A stretch of 64,000 bases of DNA from Amoebidium appalachense (taxonomy: Eukaryota > Protista > Ichthyosporea), in NCBI GenBank assembly GCA_963693365.1, contig CAVNZM010000008.1:9856293-9920292 (forward strand), given 5' to 3'. The notes under the pieces were generated by a model that saw only the letters and a list, made by a program, of their open reading frames with translations, made no database searches and had not been told where the DNA came from. The position numbers and the translations under genes are program-made. Positions 14,322 through 53,120 of this stretch are shown here, one piece after another. Position 1 is the first letter of the stretch. Every line of letters begins with the position of its first letter.

Positions 14322-16153
14322 TACACCACCAACACGCTCACACTCACCATCTTCTCCCACAGATCGAAGATGAAGACCTAGCCCGCGTGGTGATCGTCAC
14401 ACAGACACCTCCGCACGTGCGGAAGAACGAAGGGCAGGACCGCACGGGGAATTTCGTGACCAAACGCATGCAGACGGCGGAATGGGCTGAGGTGATCAAC
14501 ATGGGTCTGTACTACTATGAGCAGGACCTGCACACTCGCAGTGAGGTACGTCCATTGTCCTGGGGTTAATGTGGTAGTTTTATATTCTATTTTTATTCTT
14601 TTTATGTTTTTTATGGTTTTTTTTGGGAGAGGGGAGGGGGGAGGGGGGGGGAGAGGAAGATGAGGAAATGGGGGAAAACATCGAAGGGGACGGGGTTACC
14701 GCTTTGAATAGGACGTGTAACACTGCTGCGGAGTACATGGGTTTAGGGTGTGTGTGTGTGTGCGTGTTTGCGTGCCTGTGTGTGTGTTTGTGCGTGTTTG
14801 TGCGATATGAGAGAGTAAGAAGGCACACATGAAACGACCAGATGCAAGTCGTGCCCTGCCTATGTATCTGCTGCTGACCATGTGCACGTGCAGGCTGGCC
14901 CCTCAGGCACTAAGGTGGAGGTGGTGGGTGCCAGTGTGCCCCCAGCAGATTCCTCCCTGCCCGTCCCCGGTGCAGGTTCTCCTACAAAGGTAGCACCCCC
15001 CCCCCCCCTCCCCCCTCCCACCTACCCCCTCCTCTGCCCTTCTCCCTAGGTTTACGGACTGTTTGCCTAAGTTGGCAAGGTGTACTTCGATTCATTTGGA
15101 GGCTCTCCCCCCTCCCCCACTCGTCCCCTCCTCCCCCCCCCCCCCCCCCCATCCCCGCCCCCTCCTCCCCTCCCACCGCCTGCCTGCCCACGGCTTGCTT
15201 GTCAACTTCTTCGGGTTGCAATAGACGGGCTCATGGGTGCATGCTTGTGAAACCTTACTTCTCGCTTTAGCAGTGTTTTGCCCCCGTTCTTCTCGAGATT
15301 TTGTGTATTATGTGGCCTTTGCATATTGATTCATTTTTTCTTGTTCTAATGATTACGTTCAGCCGTGTATCATAATTGACTCCACCTCCACCTCCCCCTC
15401 CCCCCCCCTCCCCCCCCCCCCCCCCCCCCCCCGGCCTTCCTTCCCCCATCTCACCTAAACACTCATTTCGCCCATCTATCAACACTCTCCCCCCACCTCT
15501 CGCTCCCCCATTCCCCCCCCCCTCCCCCCCACGCCCCGCCCCCCACCCCACCCCACTCCCCCCATCCCCCCCCCCCCCCCCCCCCCCCCCCCCACCCACA
15601 CACACACACACACACACACATCTCAGACACCAAGAACACCCAAAACCCCCAAGCCCACCTCTGCACCTCGTTTCTACCCCGTGAGTGAGAAACAGCCGCG
15701 TGAGGGGCACAAGAACAAAGGACACAAGAGCAAATACTCTGACCGACCCCCGGTTGAGTCACACGTTGGGTGGATGATGGCCCCTGCACCCTACCCGGGC
15801 GCACAGCAGGTGCCGTCGTCTCTCCCTGACTCGGCTATGTATCGCACAAGAAAGATTTCAATGAGTCATTCTGCTGAAGGGTATGTTCCCATCCCCTTCC
15901 CCCTGCACACTCACCCCCGCGCTTCGTACTCCATGACGCATTTTGACACCAGCCAATCCGAGGATGAGCTTTGCTTATTATGTATGTTCCTTATGTATGG
16001 TTTGCACTTGCATTGTGTTGTCCGTTGTGAATGTGTGCTTCGTACTCTGTGACGCATCCCCCCCCCCCCCCTCCCCCCCCCGGGGGGTTTCCCCCCTCCA
16101 CGCATTTGCATTTCTTACCTGCTGAGTGTTTTTGCTTGTTACTGTGTACATAT

Positions 16154-16185
<32 letters not shown>

Positions 16186-16619
16186 AGCTTTTGGTTTTAC
16201 CCTTCATGCTTTCAGTTGATAGCGTGCACCGCCACTCACACCATTTACCTAATCTCTGTGCAGGGGCCAGCCGTTTGGTTCTTTCCAGCATCCCTCCCAC
16301 CGCCTGCTGGAGGGCAACGGCTTTGTCAAGGACCAATACTTCTCCTTCCGCAACAGATGCTTGAAACGTAATCCCTCCCCCCCCCCCCCTCCCCCCCCCT
16401 GCCCCACTCCTCTTCTTATGCATACTCTGTGTGTGGTGTGCACTCTGCATTATGCTGTCCGGTATGAATGTGTAGTTTGTACTCTAAAACGCATTTACCC
16501 CCCCCCCCCCCCCCTCCCCCCCCTCCCCCCTCCCCCCTCTCCTCCCCCCCCCCCCCCCTCCCCCCCTCTCCCCCCTCCCCCCCCCCCCCCCCCCCCCCAA
16601 AACCCAACCTTCCGACAAC

Positions 16620-16656
<37 letters not shown>

Positions 16657-17240
16657 AGCCCGCACACCGCACACATGCACACACACACACACACACACAG
16701 CCTCTCTTCCCTCGGCCCCCTTCTGCCTCTCACGTTCTCTCTCTCTCCCTTTCTCTCTGCTTTTTTTCCTTCCTATCCGTCTTTTTTTCTTGCACTCCCT
16801 CTCCCTCGTCCTGTCCCCTTTGCTTTCCCTCCCCCCTCCTCGCCCTTACGCCCCCTTTCTCATTCTTCTTCGTCCTCTCGCTCTCTTCACCCCCCCCCCC
16901 CCCCCCCCCCCCCCACACACACACACAAACAAAAACACACATCCCCCACCCCTCCTTCCTCCTTCTCCCCTATCTCCCCTTCCCTCTCCTGTGTTGCTCT
17001 CCCGCTCCCCCTTCCCCCCCCCACCACCCCCCCCTGCCCTCACTTTTTCATCAACATTGGATATGCAGTTTATTTGTAATTTATTATGGGTTGTTGTTTT
17101 CTGTGACGGAAAGGTTGATGGGGCTAGTTTGTTTACGGCAGCCAAGCCGTGCTGTGTTGGTATGAATTGCATGACAGGCCTAACGATTCAATTCACCATG
17201 CAGAGAGAAAGCAGATGGGTGTCGGTCAGTCTCAGGTTAG

Positions 17241-17285
<45 letters not shown>

Positions 17286-18356
17286 CGCACCGCCCCCGCA
17301 CTGCCCCGGCCGGCCCCGGGGCCACACGCACGCATGCACGCAACACACACACACACACACACACACCCTCACACCAACCACAAAACAACCTTCGTTTTCA
17401 CACACACTCACGCGCACGCTCGTATGCATGCGCACACTCACAGAAAAAAGAGAAAGGAAGAAAGGGAAACGGACGTGCAACAGATGCACGGCACACAAAC
17501 ACACACATGAACACACGGATTTTTTTTTCCGCGTTGTATTATATGTACAGGAGGCTCTTTGTCCCATTTGCTGTTCCTTCCACTCACCATTCCACCTATA
17601 CATGTTACCACATAGGACACGAGCACGCTGGTTCAAGTCACTCACCTTTCATGCATGGGCATGTGTAGGAGATGAACACGCTGTTCCAAATTTTCCACGT
17701 CTGGGTGTAGGTAGGATACGAGGGCACGGTGTTCCAATTCACTCACTTTTCCACCGCTCGGTGTATGTAGGAGATGAACACGCTGTTCCGGTTTTGGTCG
17801 TTCTTCCTGCGGGACCAGTTCAACCGCAAGATGTACGATGAGTTCAGGCAGCTGGCCAGGGAGGATGCAGCCCACGGTTACAGGTATGTGCACGTGCACA
17901 GAACTATGTGCACGTGTAAAACATGTACTCACATAAGATATGCACACATATATTCACATGCATACATTGCAGACATACAGATCCATTTAAAATGTATAAA
18001 ACAAAATTGCATACATCAGGCATATGCACACACATGCCACACATACAATACACATGCAGACACAGGCACTCACACAGGCACACGTAAACTTAACACACAC
18101 GCAATGCACATGCATGCACACACATGCACTCACAATACTTTTGCACACATGCACACACACACACAGACGTGACCGTTAGGTTGTGCACGCGCAACACCAT
18201 AAGGCTCATGCAGGCACAAGAATTGTAGCAAGAAGATGAGTTTGCAGGAGCACAACAAAAGCAGAGTCATTTGCCTGGGCTCACCTCCCCTGCAAGCAGC
18301 ATGCTCGTGAATGTATCATGGACTTACACACACACATACACAGACGCGCGCGCACA

Positions 18357-18391
<35 letters not shown>

Positions 18392-18480
18392 GTACGCTCA
18401 CACAAGGGTACATACGTGTCACTCGACTCATGCAGTGGGACAAGTGGGGGGGGATGGGGGGATGGGGGGACTAGGGGATG

Positions 18481-18518
<38 letters not shown>

Positions 18519-18781
18519 CTACCCTGTTTTCTAAGTTCTGTTTGGTGTGGTGTTTGCAGATACGGGTTGGAGTGTCTGTTCCGGTTCTACAGCTACGGCC
18601 TGGAGAAGAAGTTCCGTCCCTTCATCTTCAACGACTTTATGAAGGAGACACTGGAGGACTATTCCAACAGTACGCTACTATCCTCCCCCCCCCCCCCCCC
18701 CCCCCCCAACCCCCCAGCAAAATTTGTATTGTGTTGTCCCTTATGATTGTGTACTTCGTCGTATTTTGCAACGCGCTCTAC

Positions 18782-18816
<35 letters not shown>

Positions 18817-19590
18817 CTCTCCCCTCTGCTACTTGTCTTCCTTCTCCCAGAGGTTTCAGTGACACGAGTTTTACACACACGTTTGCACCTACGCGCACGA
18901 CACACACACACCCACACGCACATTGAGAGACACATGTGTACACCCGCGCTCACACGCACATGCACGCGCACACTCGAAAAAAAAGAAAAAACACGTAGGG
19001 CAAGAGGGGGAGGGGGGAGGGGGGTTAAGACGGTAAGGATGTCTTTTTTCCTCTCTCTTTTTCCCAGCTTAGAGGGCTTTAAATTTTGCTTAATCCAAGT
19101 ACGTAAATCCGATTGCATGCCGTGTGTGTCTGCCTCTGCCTAACATTTGCACGTGCGCACAGGCCAGCTTTACGGGCTGGAGAAGTTCTGGGCCTTCCTC
19201 AAGTACCGCAAGGACCACACCTCCCTCACCATCCTCCCGGAGCTGCAGGTCTATATCCCCCCCCCCCCTTCCCGGGGGAGAACGGGGTCTATGATGCACA
19301 TTCATTTGTATTTTTCAACCTTTTTGCATTGTGTTGATGTCATGATCGTGTACATCGTACATCTATAACCCCCCCCCCCCCCCCCCCCCCCCCCCTCCCG
19401 CCCGCCCATGAGGGTGATATGTTGTTCTCTTTCCATCCGTAAATTACATTAATAAATGGTCTCCCCCCCCCCCCCCCCCCCCCCCCCTCCCCCCCCTCCC
19501 CCCCCCCCCCCCCCCCGGGCCCTTACATCCCACCTCTCCCTCTGGTGGCCACCACCAAACTCCCTATCCTTTATGTATCCCCCCCCCCCC

Positions 19591-19621
<31 letters not shown>

Positions 19622-20775
19622 ACACACACCCCACCCCACCCCACTCCTTTCCCCCCGTTTTTTGTTTTGTCTTTTGATCTCTCCACCTCCATACAAGAAA
19701 CTTTGAATGGAACCTTGTTAACCTGTTCAAGCCGGCACTAAGTGTTTTGTCCACGTGGCGGACACAACCGAAACAAGTCCAGCGCAGCTCAAAATCAATA
19801 GAAAAAGCCCAAATAAATTGTATAGGCCGACAGGTATATGTCTTACATACATACCTTTCTAAGTGGGTTTTGCAATAATATCATTATTTCATATACTTTT
19901 ACTATGTGCTTCTGTAGCGACTTCAGACATTTTGGGAACGTTTTTGAAGATGATATCGATGTGACTGAGCCGAGCCAATCGGCTTTGGTCATTGATTCAA
20001 TTTGCCTTTTTATCCAATCGGACATCTGCATTGACGGGGTTCGAAAATCAAGCTGTCAAGCAGCTTTTTGACAGCCAAGTGATAGTTACGCCATATACAA
20101 GGTACAAAATACTGAAGTAAAGTTATTTTTTTTTTTTTGCAAAACGCAACGAAAAGATGTTAATTTATCTTTCCTGCAACTTTATCTTGCTGGTTCTTAT
20201 CAGTTTCATGCTCAAATCAGACCGCAAACGCCGCGGTTTCCAAAACCCATGTCGATCTGGTGAAGTTGCCGGTATGAACAGGTTAAGCAACACATGCATG
20301 CGCCAGCACACATTGACATCTGTGTTCAATCTCCACAGGAGGTGTTGTCGCACTTCAAGACTCTTGAGGACTTCCGCCCCAAGACTACCCAGAGTGTGGT
20401 AAGGACATTTTTGCACGTCTAGGCCCAGCAATGTTATCGGTTTCCGGTTATTATTTTCCGGTATATTTCTGCTTTAGACTCCTCGTTTTTATCATTTTTG
20501 GGGTTTATATAGAGATATGAGCCAACAACCTGTCTTGAGATATGCCTAGTTCCCTTTTTGCGGCGAAGAATCTGTCTTTCCCCGGACGATGGGAATGTGT
20601 GGCCAGGGGGGGGAAAGTCTTAAGAAGGGGGATGAATGGGTGGGTGGGGGTGGGGGGGGAGGGATCCGAATTTGTGGGGGTTTTACATTATTGTACACTC
20701 TCTTGGACCGAGATTTATTGAGGTGCAACATGTGGCTCTAGCTAAGAGCGGGGGAGTGGAGGGGTAGTTGGCGGG

Positions 20776-20813
<38 letters not shown>

Positions 20814-21364
20814 TTCTGGCGGTGTCTCGGTGCGCGAGTGTGGACCTTATAGTAGTATTCATATCTGATTCGTGTTCTGACCTTGGCATAAGTTTAACCC
20901 CTTTGTACATGCATTTACCTTTTTTACGATTATGACCTTGGCATAGGTATATACCCCTTGTTCATGCACTCAACTTTTTTGTTTTTCGATCACAGAGACA
21001 GCAACACCGTCAGATAGAAGAGGGATCACGTGAAAAAAAAGCCTCTGGTCAGGCTGCTGCCGCAGCTGCAGTAACCGCCCATGCGCCCAAACCAGAACGA
21101 AAACTATCTGCACAGGCCCCAGCGTTTGTCCCCGTATCGATGATGGCTACAAACGTGCAAATGCCTGCAGCAGAGGAGAAGGAAGCAAAGGGTGATGTGG
21201 TGGGAGAGGGAGAGACTAGGAGTGGTGAGGGGGAGAAGGAAACGAAGGCGGGTGTTGGCCCAGGGGTTGGTGAGGACTTGCCAAAGAAGGAAGGGACGGG
21301 GGAGGATGATAAGAAGAGTGGCGTGGAGGGAGGGGAGGAGAAACAAACTGAGAACACCAAATAG
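5960..21364 (+). CDS. LARP1: La-related protein 1 (La motif + DM15 repeats), multi-exon
   Basis: ATG at 5960. La-motif exons 9935-10076, 10512-10566 ([18 protein letters not shown]), 10972-11061 ([18 protein letters not shown]) and 12271-12360. Exon 14363-14545 (VIVTQTPP...[12 protein letters not shown]). DM15 exons 16264-16367 (QHPSHRLL), 17204-17235, 17771-17883 ([14 protein letters not shown]), 18560-18669 ([18 protein letters not shown]), 19163-19248 ([12 protein letters not shown]) and 20339-20398. Last exon 20996-21364 ends in TAG. Boundaries of the N-terminal low-complexity exons are less certain. Confidence 0.93.
17613..17790 (+). repeat. Degenerate tandem duplications of the acceptor and start of the LARP1 EMNTLF exon
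   Basis: tgtagGAGATGAACACGCTGTTCC occurs at both 17664 and 17766, with weaker copies near 17613 and 17711. Confidence 0.75.
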
Positions 21365-22309
21365 TAGGTTGGTGCTTGGCTCGTGGGTCGGTGTGCAGAA
21401 TTGCTAGCATGTTTTTGTTTTTTGCGTGTTGTTGTTTTTGATGCGGGGTTTGCACTACGGATAGGTGAATTTGTGGGGACCTGGGGAGTGCATGGAGGGA
21501 TACAAATGAGGGGAGTGAGCACTTGAGAAGAATATTGAGAAAATGGGAATGTGTTTGCTAAATGTTCCTTTACTGATTATTGATGAGATTATGGGTCAAG
21601 CAAGCGGGAAAAAAATTATAAAAAAATACGAATGGCATAAATGTACTCAAAAAGGTTTGGTGGTAAGGGAGGACCAAGCAGTATGTGTAGAAGCAAATCG
21701 TGGTTGGGATACCTCTGATTGATGGTTTTGGTCTGGGGAAGGTACCCGTGTTACTTTCGCAGATATTTCAGGCAAAACGCTTTGAATTCCTTGTACAACC
21801 CCTGGGTAGGTTGTGGCAAAGTCTCGGGGTATTGGACGGCTACACCGGTCCGATGGTTTTTCATCAGGGATCAGTTTTCAGGCTTATTAGGCATGATCGA
21901 TGCATGATGGCCTGTTCAGGTTCATTCAAGCGCCGCTTTTTGTCTTTATCTTTCTAATTATCTTTCTCTCTCTCTCTTTTTTTTTTTTTTTTTTTTTTTG
22001 TCGCGCGAAAAAATGGAGGCACGAAGCTTAGACATTGTGTCGATATTCCTATTGCTTGGTGGCGGATAGTGAGTCCGGATATGCATGTACACTAAATCTA
22101 GTTGTTTGAGAGATGAATAAACAAACAAACAAAAAAAGGGGGGGGGAGGGAAGGGGGGGGTTCCAGCTTGTGTCAACCTCTTTTTATCACGGAGGGCGCA
22201 GATGTGCACGTGGCCATGTGCCTACAGCAGCTGGTCGTCACCACCTTTATCAGGAAGACGTGCTTCCCCCTCGGGCCCGCCCCCGCCTCCCCTCACCCCC
22301 CCCCCCCCC

Positions 22310-22684
22310 GGGCATGGTTGCTCTGTGTCGTGCATCTGTAAGCACATCCGCATTTTTCGCTGCACTGCTTTAGTTTGCACACACATCTTCACCGTTTTGC
22401 TCACCTTGCTTGCATAAGCAACCCTGCTCGTCTTTGATCAAGACGGGTTGACCTGCCCAAGTTCAGTTGATGCTGCTGTCTGAGTTGGAGCGTCGTATAT
22501 ACGCGGGCTAAGGGGTCGAAACTCAGACGCAATTGATGACTTGGGTCCTCCCTGAGGATGGGCTCTGCTTGTGACGCATACTGTGCACATGGCTGATGTT
22601 GCATACTTGAATGTTTGCCTTTGCATGTGTCCTGCACCATGCTTCTCGTCGTGTATGCGTACTTCGTACCGTGTTCCGCATTCA

Positions 22685-22686
<2 letters not shown>
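22310..22686 (+). mobile_element. ~380-bp non-autonomous interspersed element, poly-C flanked (copy A)
   Basis: Nearly identical to the reverse complement of 52135-52512. Starts (cc)gggcatggttg and ends gcattcaaac followed by poly-C. Confidence 0.8.
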
Positions 22687-22719
<33 letters not shown>

Positions 22720-22734
22720 ACCCACAAAAAAAAA

Positions 22735-22740
22735 AAGAAA

Positions 22741-22771
<31 letters not shown>

Positions 22772-22824
22772 CACACACCGACACACACACACACCGGGCC
22801 ACCTGCACAAGTGAATCAAACTCA

Positions 22825-22857
<33 letters not shown>

Positions 22858-23145
22858 CCCCCCCCCTCCCCCCCCTCCCCCCCCACAAAAACAAAAAGAA
22901 AGAACACACCGTGACACACACACACACGCACACACAGACACACACACCGGGCCACCTGCACAAGTGGATCAAACTCAGCCACCCCCCCCCCCCCCCCCCC
23001 CCCCCTCCCCTTCCCCCCTTCCCCCCACAAAAATTGCAAAAAGAAAGAACACACCGTGACACACACACACACACACACACCGACACACACACACCGGGCC
23101 ACCTGCACAAGTGGATCAAACTCCCCCCCCCCCCCCCCCCCCCCC
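22735..23145. repeat. Three ~150-bp tandem units containing ccgggccacctgcacaagtg(g/a)atcaaactc, poly-C and (CA)n
   Basis: The core occurs at about 22794, 22946 and 23094. Confidence 0.8.
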
Positions 23146-23283
23146 CCGGGCCATACAACGGTTTGAACCATAGGCCATATGTATGAGCATCTTGCGGCCA
23201 TGGTAACAGTCACATATATTGACGGAGTCCCCGGGCTCAGCTTACTGCCGGATCCATGTTCCTTCCAACCACTGCAGTACTAG

Positions 23284-23634
23284 GTACTGTTAGTACGAGC
23301 ATGCATGCATGGCCAAGCTTGGCACAGAGTGCAGCTACGTCTCTCACTCACAGAGCTCTCACTCGAGCTCAGTCAGAAGCGCACGAGAAAGGTAGCCCTA
23401 CGTATACTATCACCCTTTCAGAAAAATATTCAGCTTAATCTACACGTGTACACCGCCCACACCCCGAGCACAAGTACACGTAGGGCTACCGTAGCTCAGC
23501 AGGCAATAAGTAAAATTTAACGTAACTTTAAATGCATGCTACGTGCAACCACGCAGAAGTCTCGGCTGCGGCTGGTTCCGCTAAACCGAATCAATTTGAT
23601 AACCAATCCGCCCGCGCCCCATCCCCTCCATTCC

Positions 23635-23672
<38 letters not shown>

Positions 23673-23915
23673 TACTGTTAGTACGAGCATGCATGCATGG
23701 CCAAGCTTGGCACAGAGTGCTACGTAAACTATCACCCTTTCAGAAAAATATTCAGCTTAATTTACACGTGTACACCGCCCACACCCCGGGCACAAGTACA
23801 CGTAACTTTAAATGCATGCTACGTGCAACCACGCAGAAGTCTCGGCTGCGGCTGGTTCCGCTAAACCGAATCACTTTGATAACCAGCCCGCCCGCGCCCC
23901 ATCCCCTCCTTTCCT
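23284..23915. repeat. Tandem duplication with two indels between the copies
   Basis: gtactgttagtacgagcatgcatgcatggccaagcttgg... begins at 23284 and 23672. Copy 1 has two extra segments. Confidence 0.85.
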
Positions 23916-24031
23916 CCCCCCCCCCCCCCCCCTCCTTCTCAAGGGGCCCCACTCCCCCCCCCCCCCCCCCCCCCCCCACACACACACACGCACACATACC
24001 ACCACCACCACCACTACCCCCCCCCGCCCCT

Positions 24032-24114
<83 letters not shown>

Positions 24115-24918
24115 CACACAACCACACACACACACACACAAGGTGCACCAAGCCTTAAAGCTTTCTGAAAGTCACATTCAGAAAAGCCTGAAACCTGAAT
24201 ACATTGATTCAGAGACTGGACGTCGACTGTTGTAGGCTGGTAAGTCTGTTTTTGGTGACGTCAGTTATATCCGTGTCCTGCCCAAATTGAAAAAAAACAT
24301 TTCAAAGAGGTTACGTTTTTGGTGTGGAACGGTGCTGCGCTTGCATCCAATCAAATGCTCCAGCAGCATTGGGACGCACAACTGCCAAATATGGAAGGTA
24401 AGTGCACCCAATCAGCGCAAGCTCTACTTTTGAGCGCGGTCCGCTGCAAAACAGCAACATCCCAGGCGCGTGGGCGAAGGCTTGTTCGAACTTCGAAAGG
24501 GAAAACATGAGCCGGATGAAGGCGGCTCTGAGTAATAACAGCTGCACGTTACAGAGGGAAAAGAAAAAACATAAAGGGAAAATAATATTCAGCGTGAGAG
24601 GGAGTTGTTAGATCTCTTGTGAGTGGATCTGCATATTGTTAGGGCAACAGGGCTCAAGTGATCTGAAGAAGGAATCTGGTGGCTGGAGCTAGCATAAGGG
24701 CCCGTTTTTTTCTTGCGAGAATTCGTGTTGGACCGCTTTTCAAATACACAATTTGATGGATAGCGAGATAAGGCACATTTTTGGTCGGTTAGTTGTTCAT
24801 GGGGCCTTTCCAAACGGTCATGGTTGACCTGGAGGACGAGTAACAGCCGGAAGGGGTGAAGGGAACGTGAAACAGAACCCACAAGTCTTCACAGGGGTGG
24901 CTCCCCCAGGCATTCAAA

Positions 24919-50025
<25,107 letters not shown>

Positions 50026-51417
50026 GACCCTGTCCGGCAGGCAACATGTTATAGTACCAGAACCCAGTTCAATTCGGCATGTGCAAAAGTGTCTGTAGAC
50101 GACTGGTCCTGCAATGCATATGGCGTGATGGATAGGCCGCGGGGTGGTGGGGCACGAATCGAAAGGTGGAAAGAGTAGAGGTTGAGATGTGTGGGGGAGG
50201 TTTCACACAGGTGTACTGTAACAACATTGCAAGTGTATGGGCAGGCTCAGTGTTGCAATGGCTGTGAGTGTGGTTGAATTCATGGGTCATGTACGTGTGT
50301 GCCGTTAGGTGTGTGTAATGTGTATGGATGGTGTGTGTGGCCGGATGTGTGTATGTGACTACGTGTGTCTGTGTAGTTTACTGGTAAAGGCAAGGGATTG
50401 TTTGAGTCTTGATCCCCTGCTAGTGGTGTGTGCGTGGGCGTGACCAGGGATGTGCAGAATAGAATATCTATGTGTAGTCTCCCTTAAACAACTGAAAGGG
50501 ATGGTGTGAATTTCAGTATGACTACAGTTTTCTCCTCTTGTTCGTATCGCTTTGACTTGGTTTATCTCTTCGTTTGAATGTACATACGAATATTAATAAC
50601 GGTTTTGCTGGAATCGAAATATTATACATATTAACGTAGTTTATAACAGAACATTTTCAGGTGCCGTTCGCCCCCTTATTTGTGCCTGTTTTCAGCAAGC
50701 TTAGGGGCTCTGGAGCAACAACCATATATTTCTATACTTAGTATCGAATAATAAATGTCCACTGTGTCGTATATCGGGGTGAGGGGGGGTTTTCCCGTAC
50801 AGAACATTTTCAAAAGCACGCAGTGCTTTTCCGAAAAGTTCATTACTGAATCAAGCAAAACACAACCACAAACCTCCGAGAGGAGGTTACATCGATCAAC
50901 AGGGTTTATTCGCCGAAATTTCTTTTTTAAAATTAAAAACCTGCACCAATATCTTAAACTACTACCCAAGCCTGCGGCATGTCCATTACACCATCGACTA
51001 CCACACAGCAAAAGGGGGAGTGTGTGTGTACGCGCGCGCGTTTTTTCCTCTTTTGAGAGGGAGGGGGCTCGACAAAAGCAAGCAGCGAATACGCCGATTC
51101 GAAAATCTAACCAGATCACATCACAAATTCATTGTCTCCGACATCGTGCCAACAAAACATAACAAAAATCAAAAAACAGAATCTAATCGTGCATAGCACC
51201 AAAAAACATTTTCAGAAAGGACTAAAAAAGCAGGTATATGCAAACCTTCGTCTATACAAAGTAAAAAAGCCACAAAAAAAAAAAACAAAAACAAAAAAAA
51301 AAAAACGGTGAACATTGCAAAAAGGAATGAGGCGACAGATGAGGCAATGGCTTGTGTTGGTGTGTGCGCGTGTGCGTGTGCGTGTGCGTGTGCGCAGGCG
51401 CGGGTGTGTGCGTGTGC

Positions 51418-51473
<56 letters not shown>

Positions 51474-51482
51474 GGGGTGGGT

Positions 51483-51582
51483 TCATCCGAGGGCCTCCTT
51501 AATGAGGTGGGCCAGTCGCAGCCCCCCGAGCACAAGCCGGTCTTCGATCACAGGCAGAGCCCTTGCATAGTACTCGTCCTGC

Positions 51583-51615
<33 letters not shown>

Positions 51616-52018
51616 TATGTTAGGAAGCGAGCGACAAGGGGGACGCACAGAGAGATGTGAAGAGCAAGAAAAGCTGAAACAGGGATTTCCGCTCCTTGGA
51701 AGGGGGGGGGGGGGGGGGTTGAATGCAAAACACGGTACGAAGTACACAGACCGGGGGGGGGGGGGGGGGGGATGAGAAGAGCATGCATAGCAGAGGTGGC
51801 AAGATGACCTGATATGCAGATGTGCGCGTCTCTACTCTTTTTCTTTCTTTCTTTTTTTTTTTTGGTGGTTGGGGGGGGGGGGGGGGGTTTAGAGAGAGAG
51901 GGAGAACGAGAGAGAAAGGCAAAATATGGACACAGAGAGAAAAGAAAAGTGATTGGAAGGGGAACGGGAAGAGGGATGGGGGGATGGGAGGGACGGAGGG
52001 ACAGAGGGGAAAGGGCCG

Positions 52019-52052
<34 letters not shown>

Positions 52053-52523
52053 CTTTCCAAAGGAAGGGAGGGGGAGGCTGGGTGTTTGTGTGCGAGTGTG
52101 TGTGTGTTGAGAGGAGAAGAAGGGGGGGGGGGGGTTTGAATGCGGAACACAGTACGAAGTACGCATAGACGATGAGAAGCATGATGCAGGACACATGCAA
52201 AGGCAAACATTCAAGTATGCAGCATCAGCCATGCGCACAGTATGCGTCATAAGCAGAGCCCATCCTCAGGGAGGGCCCAAGTCATCAATTGCGTCTGAGT
52301 TTCGACCCCTTAGCCCGCGTATATACGACGCTCCAACTCAGACAGCAGCATCAACTGAACTTGGGTGGGTCAACCCGTCTTGATCAAAGACGAGCAGGGT
52401 TGCTTATGCAAGCAAGGTGAGCAAAACGGTGAAGATGTGTGTGCAAACTAATGCAGTGCAGCGACAAACGCGTATGTGCTTACAGATGCACGACACAGAG
52501 CAACCATGCCCGGTTTAAAAGAA

Positions 52524-52566
<43 letters not shown>

Positions 52567-52760
52567 GAAGGGGGGGGGGGGGCAATGACATACGCCGAGT
52601 GAATCCCCCGATTTGATGCCCTCGTAGGCAAACTTGCAGGCATCCCGGGCTGACTCGTTGCCCCACGACACTGCGTGCCCCAGCCCGGCATATACCACGG
52701 TTAGGGCACGTGAACCACAGGACGTCTTTGGCTCTTAGACCAGGGACCTTAAAAAAAAAT

Positions 52761-52795
<35 letters not shown>

Positions 52796-52817
52796 GGAGT
52801 GTGTGTTTTTAGGGACT

Positions 52818-52851
<34 letters not shown>

Positions 52852-53089
52852 GGATGGAAAGGCTATGGCGAAAAGTTAAACAAGAGTGCAATCAGTGTGC
52901 CATGGTCCAAATGAGCAATCGTGCCCATGTACCCCATGTACCCCATGTCATGGCTGTGGGCACGTGCACACTGCACCAAACATGTGATTGTCACTGCTTG
53001 CCTCATGCCATCATGACGTGCATAGTATTGCCTGTTACGTGCATAGTATTGCCTGTTTCGGCTGTGGTGATGATGGCCACTGGAGGGGA

Positions 53090-53120
<31 letters not shown>

